Assembly: GCF_018977255.1 (NCBI RefSeq)
Contig: NW_024704742.1
Location: 133,984,001-134,048,000, forward strand
From: Callorhinchus milii
Taxonomy: Eukaryota
DNA length: 64,000 nt
Direction of reading: 5' to 3'
Part shown: one piece after another, positions 13,601 to 26,050 of the stretch
Position numbering within the stretch: the stretch's first letter is position 1
How the letters are laid out: the number at the start of each line of letters is the position of its first letter
Translations under genes and position numbers: made by a program
The notes under the pieces: generated by a model
Databases searched by the model: none
What the model saw: only the letters and a program-made list of their open reading frames with translations
Told to the model about the DNA's origin: nothing

Positions 13601-14574
13601 ACAGTGGCTGCTGCCTTTCGCCCACAAAATATACAGTCAATTCACTTTACAGTATATTCTGCGAAGCATTTTGAGACGTCTCGAAGACGTAATGAGGCAC
13701 TATATCGAATGCAAGGAGTGTAATAAAGGGAATCCTTTCACCTGATCCGCAATGAACATTACATAGCAATCACCACTAGATGGTGATGTTGTCTGCAGAT
13801 ATTAAGACACTTGTTCCCTGACACTGAATATTCACCAACTACGAGGCGTTCGAGTTGTGAAAACAATTTTTAAAAAGTTACAAAGAAACTTTTAAATGAT
13901 CAACGATGAAGGGTATTATATGTGAAACAAATTTGAAAAACGCCCGGTTTAGCCAGGATAAAGCAAACTAGTTCAAGATACACATTCGGTTTAAAATGAT
14001 CCTTGCATTGGGTACAGCGTTTTTCACATCAGGAGGATATCTCAAAGCGCTTCACAGGATATACAGTAAAGTATAGCATAAAGTGTAGGTGAAGGGAGGA
14101 GCCAATTTGCGCACATTAATGTCCCATTCACATACAGAATTAATTTTATCTGGGGGTTGTTGACCGGGACCAGAGTAAAGACAAATGTATTATAGCCTCC
14201 ACTCTATGTGTCAAATTGTCTTTGTCTTTCAGGGAATGAATGTGATGGACGGGCAATACGAATTTACAACTTACACTCAAGCTTTCGTGTCGGAAGGATG
14301 CCCCAAAGTGCTTGGCGCTGCTGGATGAGGGTGGGAGGTGGAGCAGATGGGGGGAGTGGTGGGAGGTGACCAAAAGCACAGTCAAAAAGGTATGTCCTGA
14401 GGTAGACCTTAAATCTCAAACAGGTACGGAAATTCTAATTGAAAATATTCTTGGGGGGTGTCAGTCGAGTGTCTGACACATGCGGAAACCCATCATCGTG
14501 CTCCAAGAGTATCCAAACCAAACTACGCATTCTATCTACACATGGAAATTCCAGAGATATTAACAATCCATCTG

Positions 14575-14952
14575 GTATCTGAGTCAGAAGGTTGTGGGTT
14601 CAAGGCCGGAGTCTAAGCTAATGTTCCAATGCAGTTCTGTGAGTGTTGCATTGGCAGAGGTGCCTTCTTTCGGCTGAGACGTTAAACCAAGGTCCCTTCT
14701 GCCTGTTCAGGTGGACATTAAAGATCCTATGACTATTCAAAAAGAGAAGGGAATGTCCTGGCTATCATCCCCCAAATAAAAATTGATCAATCACTTCATG
14801 GCTGTTTGTGGGACACTACCGTACGCAAACAGGCTGCCCGTTTCGACAACAAAATACGCAGTGATTCACTTTACAGTATATCCTGTGAAGTGCTTTGGGA
14901 TGTCTCGCCGATGTGATAAGGCACAACTGTATATCAAATGCAAAGATTATGA
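14575..14952 (+). mobile_element. Old Deu-domain SINE (SacSINE1/AmnSINE-like)
   Basis: CTGAGTCAGAAGGTTGTGGGTTCAAG head and GAGACGTTAAACC..GCCTGTTCAGGTGGAC.TTAAAGATCC core; other decayed copies near 4085-4290, 6785-7085, 18030-18312, 28105-28382, 31396-31700, 36700-37050, 45535-45895, 53107-53440, 54595-54848. Family name is from recall. Confidence 0.75.
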
Positions 14953-15557
14953 TAACTAAGACTTTTAAAGCTCTTTGAGAAGCTTTCCCAACGTGAAAGG
15001 CACTAAGCTGTATGAGTTCCAATGGGATTCCTGGACTCTTTGTTAAGAACTCCCATCAAGAAATGCCGCAATTTAGACCCCGAGCCATATTTGTCTTGGT
15101 ATTTAAATGGTTCCTAGTTTGAGGCTTTTTGCCAGGTAGGTTGCTATTACATAGGGTGAAACCTTAGGCAAGTTTCCTTACTCCACGCCTTTATTTCCCG
15201 AGCAGTATTGCAATTATTATTATTGTTATTATTATAGTGACCTCTTGCTTCCGAAAATGACTGTGCACTTGTCATGACAGGCATTTGCTTCAATCAATAA
15301 ACAATTATATGTTACTTTTGTGCAATTGCCTAAACAAAGGCTGGGGGAACCTTGGGTGAGTATAGAAGGCATTCAACCCTAAATTCATTTGTGAAAGGGA
15401 CCAACCATTAAACCAAGCAGCAGAAAACCCTGAGCAACGCACCACATTGCACTCTCCAGAAATGACCATTGTTTTGCTCCTGTTTTGTAGATAAATGCTG
15501 CAATTGTGCAGCAAACATTCCAAGCTTCAATAACTTATTTTGAGAAAAGACAAGCGC

Positions 15558-16114
15558 GAGAGAGAGAGAAAAAGAGGGGAATAGAGAGGGAGGGAGTGAG
15601 GGAATGTGAAAGGGGTAAGAGTTGGGGGTAAGTGAGAAAGAGAGAGGGGGGGGGAAACAGGAGGAGAGGGGGCAGAGGAGAGGGAGAGAGAAAAAGAGGA
15701 GAAAGACAGAGAGAGGAAGAGAGCGAGGGAGGAGAGAAGGAGAGAAAATGTGAGATAGAAGAAGACAGGGGGAGAGAAAGAGGGAGAGGGAGATAGAGAG
15801 GAGGAGGGTGAGAGGGCAAGGATAGAGAAGAGAGTAGTTAGGGAGAGAGAAACGGTTAAAGAGGGAGAGAGAAGAGGCAGAAGGAGAGAGGTGGGGAGAG
15901 AAAGAGGGAAAGGGAGATAGAGAGGAAAAGAGAGAAGGAGGGACGGAGAGAGGTAGAAAGAGGGGAGAGCCAGTGGAGGGGGAAGAGAGAAGGAAGGGGG
16001 AGAAAGACATAGAAAGAGAGGGAGGGGTAAGGTGCCAGAGAGAGAGATGGGGAGAGAGAGAGAGCGAGAGAGAGAGGAGGGAGGTGGTGGTGGGGAGGGG
16101 GGGGGGGGAGCGAG
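15558..16114 (+). repeat. GA-rich polypurine low-complexity tract (~550 bp)
   Basis: Almost only G and A on the + strand, with (GA)n runs and a terminal G run. Confidence 0.95.
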
Positions 16115-16665
16115 ATTTGGCCTGAATGTGATGGTGATTGAAGTGGACAATCCTTGCTGTGCTCAGTCCCCCTTCATTCAATACAAGCTGACAGTTTATT
16201 ATAAAAGATAAACCAAGCAAAGAGCTAAGCCTCAATCGTAAGAAACGCCAAGAAATAAGAGTTATTTCTTAATTGTGTTCACTAGGGGATGATGCCCGGT
16301 GACCTTACAATGTAGACATCTCTCCACCATTTGCACAGGAACTGACAAACAATTCCATACATTCAATGGCAATTAAACTGCATCTTGCGTATTCCCTTCT
16401 GCGTTCCTTGCTTATGGAAGGCAAAACCTGTGGTTAGTGATTCTTGCTCTCTGGAACAAATATACAACATAAGGATTGGCCTCCGGGAGCATTAAACAAT
16501 TTAATAATCAGTGACTCTTTGCCTTTTTTTATCCAGATTAATGACTCACCATCTGTGTGCAGGCAAATCAGACTTTATTACATTATGCCAATGATTGAGC
16601 AATGAGCCCTTCTTTATCGAGGGGAGTCCATGTGTAGGATGGCCAGTACGTTGTCAGCTAACATT

Positions 16666-17056
16666 GTGGAGTCCTGTAAAGTAGTGGTTAGCGCGCTTGC
16701 CTCTCAAGCAAGTGGACCTGTGTTCGATTCCCAGTCGGGGTGAAACCTTAGGCAAGTTTCCTTACTCCAAACTCCTTACTCTGATTACCCAACAGTAAGT
16801 AGGAACCTGGTTGTTAGTCGATTGACGGATCACTTTCCAGGGTAATAAACAGTCATGGATTGATGATCAATTTTTTTTTGGTGGATAGAGATTATATTAC
16901 CCCTTGAAAGTGATCGGGCAATTGACTACGAACCGGGTTTCTACTTACTGTTGGGTAAACAGAGGAGTAAGGAAAACTTGCCTAAGGTTTCGCCCCGCCC
17001 GGGAATCCAATCTCTTCCGAGGCGATCGTGCTAACCACTACACTTCGGCACTCCAC
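16666..17056. mobile_element. Two long-form SINE 5' halves in inverted orientation
   Basis: Head on + at 16666-16848 and head on - ending at 17056. Confidence 0.85.
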
Positions 17057-19375
17057 TATCCAGGACCGAAGTGGGAGACGAAGGGAATCGGGATACATTC
17101 TGACCAGCTATAACATGCCATATGGTCTGGGAGATTGAAAGCTCCCCCCACCCTCTCCCCCTCCCCTCCCCCCAACCACAGATGAATAGCTGTCTCTGTT
17201 GACAGAGATGTAATGCTGGAAGTATTGTAATTGTGCAGAATTAAACCTTGAAAGGGGGGTGGTGGGGGGTGGGGAGGGAAGAGAGGACAATGCCTGAATG
17301 AATAACAAGCTGACAACTTCCACGTTTCCAAAGGAGCAGTTTAGAAATTAAAAGATTAATCCCTGGAGTCTTTTTAGATTTAATCTGTGACCCATTTTTT
17401 AATATTAGTGATTTGTGCATTGTGGAGTATCTTTGGAAACAGAACAAGGATTGAGAGATATTCCTGATTTTAAGTCAGTTACAGCTTGAAAAGAAAACTT
17501 TGACAAATGCAACAATTCAGACCAAAAAGTGGGAATTGTTCCCTGTTTTGATCTCAATTTTAATTTTTCAATACTTTCAAATGTGTTCCTTGTCAAAAAA
17601 TGTGTGAAATAATAAATAGGGAGAGCATTTCATGGCCATATATCGGATGAGATTTTGATCAGGTAAATTATTTTTGACGTTAAAGATCCCATGGCGCTAT
17701 TCAAAAAGAGAAGGAAAAGTAATATCTCGGATACAGTGTATAGTTTGGGACACGACATGTCACTGCACTTCACAGAGATGCTGTAAAGCACTTTGAGATG
17801 TCCTTGGGTTGTGGGCACTGTATAAAGTACAAAGATTGTTACTATTGTTAATCATAGGCAGCTATACCTGCGACTGATCGATTCCACGTGTGCTGCACAT
17901 TTTGTACAATATAATCTTGTGCTCATTTGTATGTTTCTGACAGAATATAAAGTTAGAAAGACGTATTTGGAGGGAAATGGGTCTGACTTGACAAGCCCTA
18001 AAAATGTCTCATGTCCTGCAGGCCCTTATAATAATAAATAATCCTTGCATTTCATATTGCGCCTCATCATGTTGTTAAGACGTCTCAAAGCGCTTCACAG
18101 AATATACTGCAAAGTGGATTGACAGCCAGTTGCACACAGCAATGTCCCACAAAAAGCCATGGAGTGAGTGACCAATTTTTATTTGGGCGATTGTTGGCCA
18201 GGACACCAGGAGAGAGATATCGCCTTCTCTTTTCGAATTGTGCCATGGCATCTTTAACATCCACCTGAACAGGCAGATGGGACCTCGGTTTAACGTCTCA
18301 TCTGAAGGACAGATTTGTTTTATTCCAAGAAACAAAATTAGATGCATAGGATTATCACCAATGTCTTGCTACCCTCTGAGTTTACAAAGGTCATCCTACA
18401 CCGGACAACCTTGAGCCTAAGCACTACAAGAATCCAATACAAGAATCATTGTAAATTGGAAGGAATTATCCAAGCTTAAGGAGCTGTCTTTTGGTTATGT
18501 TAATATTATATCCCTAGAAGACATCGTGTTGCACCACATGTTTCAAAGACTGAGGCTTGTCAAGCATCAGTAAAATAACTTGACTGATGTTACTGCACAA
18601 TATATGTAGGCAGACATGGATAGACAAACATTTGCGATGCAGTCTATAATCCATAGGAATATCGTAGGCCGATCTCAGTACCTGAAACCTTGGCCACATT
18701 GTAGCAAAAATGGAAAGGGTCACCAGTAAGTATTGGAAATATTCACATTTGCATAAACAATTTTGTTTTTATTATCCTGAAATGTAGTTAAGTGAAAGGC
18801 AGATGGGATATTTAAAGTTAGAGGCTGGTATGGGGATAGGGCAGGGCAATGGGATTCAAAGTACACTTTGTTCTGTGAGTCAGTGCAGACTGAACGAGCC
18901 GAATAGTGTGTGCAATTGGCTGCCGCATTTCGCCCATAAAATATACAGTCACTACATTTTACAATATATTCTTTGAAGCACTTTGAGACATCTCACCGAC
19001 TTGATGTATATATTGAATGCCAGGATTAATATTATTATCATTATTTATGATGATATCTGGTTGATTATGGATTACTGTTCTATCTGTATTATTATAATTA
19101 TGGCTGCTTATACTACAGCGGTCACAACGCAAATTCTGGGGTCCCCAAGTCTTGGCTCTCGACAACCTGGACTTAATACTTTCCAGAACTTGGTAAGGAC
19201 TCTAAGGAGGGATTGTGCATTCCATTCCCTGACACAGTGGGAAATTTCCACGTGTGAGTGGCATGTGTTTGTGGAACCCTCAGACTGATTCGGATACTCT
19301 TAAGCACGGTGATGGGATCCCGCACGTGTCAAGACGCCCGACTGAATGAAAAAGAAAAAAAAATAATGTATATAT

Positions 19376-19736
19376 AACAATCCTTGCATTTGAAATAAGA
19401 GCTTTATCGCATTGTTGAGACGTCTCAAAGTGCTTCACAGAATATACTGTAAAATGAATTGACAATATTTTGTGGGTGAAACGCAGCTGCCAATTGCGCA
19501 CAGCAGTGTCCCACAAACAGTCGCGGATTGAGTGACCAAATTATTATTTTTTTAAGGGATTATTACCCATGGAAAGCAATCCACTAATCGCTAATAGCCA
19601 AGTTCCTAATTACTGTTAGGTAAACAGAGGCGTGTGGAGTAAGAAAAGTTGTCTAAGGTTTTGCCCTGCGCAGGAATCAAAGTCAGGTCCTCTTGATTGC
19701 GAGGGGAATGCTCTAATCAAAATGCTACAGGACTCC
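19376..19736 (-). mobile_element. tRNA-derived SINE, older long subfamily
   Basis: Same head and tail as the short form plus internal GCCTCTGTTTACCTA..AGTAA.TAGGAAC block; other long copies near 790-1120, 3000-3340, 7247-7530, 9895-10080, 26925-27248, 30241-30535, 32107-32490, 33170-33530, 33901-34220, 50105-50392, 59188-59470. Confidence 0.85.
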
Positions 19737-21628
19737 TTTATTTTATTTTATTTTATTTACTGTCCTTAAAACTCCATACAAACTTTCCTGGAGTTGCAAT
19801 CTGTTTCGTCAGGTCTTCACTTGAAAGCCCATTGTATATAGCAGGGTCTCTTCCCCCTATTGAGACATCCCTTTTGGTGTCTTGTCTTAGCTTTGCTCAG
19901 GGTAAAGACCTTCACATAAAGAGGGTGTTCTTCTGTTCGAACCTCAATCTCCATAGATGAAGGCATGTCTGTTGACACAAAAACATCTCAAACTAATTTG
20001 GAAACATGTTTCGGTGAATTAATAGGCGAGCGCACCGGGGGGTCTGGGCTGGCATTAAAGAAAAAGATTTCAAATATTGACTGAAGTGCTGCGCACTCCC
20101 AATTATATCTCACTGCTTGTAGTCCTCATTATTTAAACCTATCCAGTTACAATAAAATCCCTAATCGAAGACATGAATGCTCCCTCCTGCTTTTGACAGC
20201 ATCAAATTAACGCTAAATAGAGGAGACTGAAAGAGTTACTATATTTGAACAAAGCCATTAATGAGGTAATTTCATTAGAACGACTCATCGAAGCTTGTAT
20301 AAAAAGGGGAGTAAATGGAGAGGAAAGCTTTGAAGGAAATTAGAGTTTCCTTGGGCACTAATTAATACTTGGTCATTTTTTTTATATAAGCACCAAATTA
20401 ACTGCCTTGAAGCCTTTTTTTTTGTTGGGGGGGGGGGGGTTGGGTTGACATTGTTGCTCTCACCCCTAGTCTTTATTGCCCAAGAGAAACGAGGCTTTTA
20501 ATGAATGTAAAGCTGGCCTTTAACTCACTCTGTCTGGTCGCTGAAAACACGGCTTTGTCGCTCAACTTTCTGCAGTGGTTTAAGGAAGCATTCAGCTCAC
20601 AATATGTGATTGTTCTGGCTCCTTGTCCTCTATGGGCTCAGAACAGGTAGCTTGTGAATGGGCGCCGCTGAGACTCCAGGGAAGCTGTGCTTCCCAGCAA
20701 AACAGAATTAGGGCTTTAGATGCATCCGAAAGGGAAAGGTGAATGGTTCTGGCACAGGGAGCAGAGTGAATCATTGAATGTGTCTTAACTACTTACATGA
20801 TGCTGTGCTGTCCCCCTCTCATTGAGTTATCTTTACACTGCCTTTGTCTCCTCTAATTGGTGCTGATGAGGTGCTAATTGGTTCGCTTTTTAAAACCCGC
20901 TCTCCTCCAGCATTAGGGGCTGCATCACGAGACAGCATGAGTGGAGTTAATGAGAGATTTGCTTAAAGGAGCCCTTTCAGTGGCAAGTCTTGTTTGTAAA
21001 AACATTTTGTGTTACTGGTTGTTTCAATGTGAACCTAGAGAAAGGGGGGAGGTTGTATGTTTTCCCAAAGGAGTTTCCCATAATAAGTTCAGTTATAGCG
21101 TAAAATTTGGTCGGGTGTGTAGGATTGTGCGAGTGACTCAGATAAAAAGATATTATTTTGGTAAAATCTCCTCTTTTGTTAGTCCAGAACTTCTTCTTTT
21201 TCTTTCTGGTCAGCACCAGGGTGTCTGACACATCCGCAAATCACCACGCTTAAGAGTATCTGAACTAAACGGAGAGTTCTGCATGCATTATATTAATAAT
21301 AATAAATCTTGCATTTATTATAGTGCTTTATCACATAGAATCATAGAATCATGGAATTAAACAGCACAGAAGGAGGCTCTTCAGCCCACCATGTTTATGC
21401 TGGTTCTTTGAAAAGAGCTATCCAAATCAATCCCACTCCCCTGTTCTCTCCCCGTAGCCCTGCAAACTTGTCCTCGCAAAATAATTATCTGATTAATGCT
21501 ATTAGTGACTGGTCAAAGTCACTAATGACATTCTGAACATCTGTGATCAGGGCTCCCTCTGCTTCCTTGTCCTCCTCGACCTCTCTGCCACCTTAAACAC
21601 TGTCGACCACTCCATCCTCATACATACA

Positions 21629-21942
21629 GGAATCCTATAGCTCAGTGGTTAGAGCGCTCGCCTTGCAAGTGAAACACCAGGGTTCAATTCCAGGCAGGGC
21701 GAAACCTTGGGCAAGTTTCTTTACTCCACACAACTAATAATAATCCCTCCAAAACAAATACATTAATAAATTGGTCATTTTCAATCCACGACTGTTTGTG
21801 GGACATTGCTGTGCGCAATTGGCTGCCGTGTATCTCCCACAAATATACGGTCAATTCACTTTACAGCATATTCTGTGAAGCGCTTTGAGACGTCGAGAAG
21901 ACGTGAAAAGCGCTATATCAAATGCAAGGATTATTATTATTA
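21629..21942 (+). mobile_element. tRNA-derived SINE, short form with GAGAA loop (intermediate subfamily)
   Basis: Lacks the internal block; tail GACGTC-GAGAA-GACGT; nested in L2. Confidence 0.88.
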
Positions 21943-22566
21943 CACTGCCTCTCCGCTTTACTCAATCTTCGCAGACCTGCCCTTGCCTGGTTCGATTCGT
22001 ATCTCTCTCACCGTCTCCACTTTGTTACCTCTAACGGTTTCTCCTCCAGCCCCCGAACTGTCACATCTGGCGTCCCCCAGGGCTCTGTCCTTGGACCTCT
22101 CCTCTTTAATACCTACGTGCTCCCCCTTGGTGACATCATCCGCAGACATGGGGTCAACTTCCACATGTATGTGGATGACACTCAACTCTATCTTTCTGCC
22201 TCCACTCTCAACTCCAGGACCACTGTTGTCCTGACAGACTGTCTGTCGGACATCAACTCCTGGATGAGGGCAAATTTCCGACAGTTGAATGTGAACAAGA
22301 CTGAGGCCCTCCTGATTGCCTCGCGCCAACGCCTCAGCACCTCAGGCTCTGGCAGCATCAACCTCCATGGTTGCACACTACAACTCACCAAGTCAGTCAG
22401 GAACCTCGGTGTCTTGTTCGACCCTCAACTGTCTTTTCTCCCCCACATTCAAACCATGACCCGCTGCTCCTTCCCTCACCTCCGTAACATTGCCCGACTC
22501 TGCGACTACCTCACCCCTCAGGGCGCTGAAACTCTTGTTAATGCTTTCATCACCTCCAGGCTCGAC

Positions 22567-22890
22567 TAATAATAATAATAATCCTTGCATTTGATATAGC
22601 GCTTTTCACGTCGGGAGGACGTCCCAAAGCGCTTCACAGAACACACTGTAAAGTGAATTGACTGTATATTTGTGGGCGAACGCGGCAGCCAATTGCGCAC
22701 AGCAATGTCCCACAAACAGTCGTAGATTGAAAATGACCAATTTATTATTGTTTTTGGTTTTGGAGGGATTATTATTAGGCTCTGTGTGGAGTAAGGAAAC
22801 TTGCCCAAGGTTTCGTCCTCTGCCTGGAATTGAACTCAGGTCTCTCACTTGCAAAGCGAGTGCTCTAACCACTGAGCTACAGGACTCCAC
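22567..22890 (-). mobile_element. tRNA-derived SINE, young short subfamily, full length
   Basis: Near-exact reverse complement of 12104-12423; interrupts the L2 SRLD-Y-x-N motif. Confidence 0.93.
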
Positions 22891-25853
22891 AAATGCCCTG
22901 CTTGTCAGTCTTCCCAACTCCTCCCTCCACAGGCTGCAAATAACCCAGAACTCTGCAGACATGTCCTCTCCCGCACCAAACTCCGTGACCCCCATCTCCC
23001 CCACTCTCGCTGACTCCACTGGCTCCCTATCTTTCAAAGGATCCAGTTCATTATCCTGGTCCTCACATACAAAGCTCTCCATGGCCTCGCCCCACCCTAC
23101 CTCTACGACCTCCTAATCCCTCCCAACCCGCCCGCTTCCTCCTCTCAGCCAGCTCTGGCCTGCTCCACGTCCCCCGACCCACCCGTCCCACCATTGGCAG
23201 GAGAGCCTTCAGCCACTCTGCCCCCAATCTCTGGAATGCCATCCCTCAGTCACTCTGCTTCGCCCCCTCCATAGCCTCCTTCACGTCCCGCCTCAAGACC
23301 CTCCTCTTCGAACGTGCCATCGGCCACCCCCCTTCCCCTCCCCTCCCTTACCCCCCTTAACCCCAGCTCGGGTCTGAAATGCTGTTCTCGGTCCTGCGCC
23401 TTGGGACGTCCTCCCGACATGAAAGGTGCTATACAAATGTAATCTTGTTGTTTTTGTTGTTGTGCTTCTCCCCAAATAATTATCTAATTATTGAATAATA
23501 TATTGTAAAGCGGATTTGACTGTGTATTTATATTACCCACAATTACAAATTTCCATGTGTCTGTAATGGAATGCGTACTCTCTTTCTCTCCCTGCAGGGA
23601 TAGACCCTACTTACCTAATTTCAGAGGGCATTAGGCACAGGTTGGCTAGTGCCTAGGTTTGGGGTCTCTGGAGTGTGCGTCGGTTGGTAACTGCTGGAGT
23701 TTGTCAGTTTACAAACAGGACGATGAAAAGTGGAATCCTCAACAAAAAATCCACAAAGGTCGAGGTTAGGAGAATTCTATTTACTTGGAGTGTGATATTC
23801 CTGACCAAAACCAATGGGTGAGATAAAATCCGTAACAGCTTTTGAACAGGAATTGGACAACAGTTTGAAAACAAAATGTATGAACGTATGAACAAGGTCA
23901 AACAGACAGAGGGATTGGGACTAGAGGGACAGGTCTTAAAGAGAAGCGTTGAAGCATAGAAATAGCGTCTGTGCTGGCTCTTATAAAAAGCAATCCTTGC
24001 AGTCCCATTTACATGCCTTTGTCCCCCATAGCCCTGCAGTTTGCTTGTTTTTAGATAAATCAAGTGCAAGGATTATTACTATTATCATTATTATTATTAT
24101 TATACCTTTCAGTCGTATTACGGGGCGATAAGAAAACATAATTTGTGCCTTTCACGTCAGAAGATAGTCTCCAAATACTTTGTAAGATTTACTGTAATGT
24201 GTAGTTTGATTTACAGGCAAATGCGACAGCCAGTATGTGCAGAGCAATGTCACACAAACAGCCATGAAGTAAACAAACATTTTTTTAATTTGGGAGCCAT
24301 CAACATTTTTTGATTGTTGGCCAGTACACCGGAGAAACTCCCTTCTCTTTTCGAATATTGCCATGACATCTTCACCATCCAGACGTGCCATGAGATCTGA
24401 ACAGGCAGTCAGGTCCTCGGTTTAACGTCTCATCCAAAAGACGGACGAGACATCCTTTGGGTGAGACATTAAAACAGCAGATAGTTCAGGGTTTTAGCTG
24501 GTTAAACTCCCGCAATTACCCCAATGCACACATTGGGGGCACCCAAGCCTCGGCCCTTGCTAACCTGCGCCTAATGCTCTCTGGAATTCGTTGAGCAGGA
24601 TGCATCCCTTCAGGGAGATGGTGCATATCCCATTCCAGACACAGGGAAAGTTCCCCCAAAATTTGGAACTGTCAGTAGTTTGTTTTGGAGACTCATAACA
24701 CAGGGGGAATAGTTTTCCAAGTGTGCAGACACATGACTGACCAAAAGAAAGTTCACCAGTAGCACATTAGGTAATTCCTATGTGAAATGTTCAGAATTTC
24801 TAATGTTAAATTGCTGTTAGACAACCCCTCCCTCCCACCCCTACCTTTAAAACCTGCTATAAATTAATGTGGCACTTCTGTTGTAGAAGGACATATGGAA
24901 AGAAATCTGTTCTTTACAAACACCAGAATCAGAATAATGTTGGGAACATTCCAAAATAATGTGAACCCAGTCAGAGTTTGTGGCAAATGCCTTACCATCC
25001 CACACAATTACCTGGTCAAAGTCCAGGAGTTACCCTCAACACACACTCTGAGGCCCCCAAGCCTTGTCTTGCCTCAATGTTTGTGGGACATTGCTGTTCG
25101 CAAATTGGTTGTCCCATTCAGCCACAAAATACACAATCACTACACTTTACAGTGTATCTTGTGAAGCGCTTTAAGCTGTTCTTCCAATGTAAAAGTCGCT
25201 AACCATATGTAAGGATTATTACTATTATTATTGTTCTCATCTGCATTAAAATGATGACACCTGTTAATAATCATAATCTTTGCAATTGCAATTTGCAACA
25301 CCTATTACATTAAACATCTGAAAGCACTAGTCAGAGTTTTCCTTAAAGTGTAGTGACTATGTCTTTATAGGAGAAAACTCCCTTCGCTTTTTAAATACAT
25401 GTTTGTGGGACACTGCTGTGAACAATTGGCTGCCACGTTTCGTCCAACAAAACATATAGTCAATTCATTTTACGGTATGTTCGGTGAAGCACTTTGAGAT
25501 GACTAGTAGACTTGATAAGGCGCTATATCAAATGCAAGGATTATTATCATCAACAAGTTGCATTCATATCACGCCCTTCTTGTAGGATAATGTCTCGGAG
25601 TGTTCCACAAACAGCCATAAAGTGAATGACCAATTTTACCTGTAGGAATTGTTGGCCAGGACACTAAGAGAAACTCCCCCTTTTTGATTAGTACCACGGG
25701 ATGTTTAAGCGCTCTGAGGCACAGTTTGTGTGAAGGGTGCTTTATAAATGCAAGTTGTTGTTGTTTAACATCCACCTGAAAAGGCAGACGTCAGTTTAAC
25801 GTCTCTTCCAAAGGACTCTACCCTCAATACCTCATTGGAATGTCAGCCAAGAC

Positions 25854-26050
25854 CAGAGGTGGCCTACCATGGCTCATGGGTCGGAAGTGGCCCATCAAAC
25901 ATTCACAGTAGTCTAGGTAAGTCTGCTTTAACACAATGTTTTATTTCCAGTTGCTTCTGAGTGCCAATGTTTACGGGGCGGCCATAAGTGAAGAAATATT
26001 CAATCAAAACAAATAATTTGTTGGCCAACCAAAATGTTTGGCCACCACTG
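25854..26050. mobile_element. hAT (Charlie-like) non-autonomous element
   Basis: TIRs CAGAGGTGGCC / GGCCACCACTG (10/11); 8-bp flanks GCCAAGAC / GCCTAGAC (7/8). Confidence 0.65.

Larger units (their letters stand above)
21495..23462 (+). mobile_element. L2 LINE 3' portion split by two SINE insertions
   Basis: RT motifs [46 protein letters not shown]2 resumes at 22891 and ends in stem-loop + (TTG)n. Confidence 0.92.

Noticed and set aside
15408..16235. 275-aa and 207-aa minus-strand ORFs
   Set aside because: Leu/Ser/Pro low-complexity translation of the GA tract, open only because stop codons are compositionally absent.
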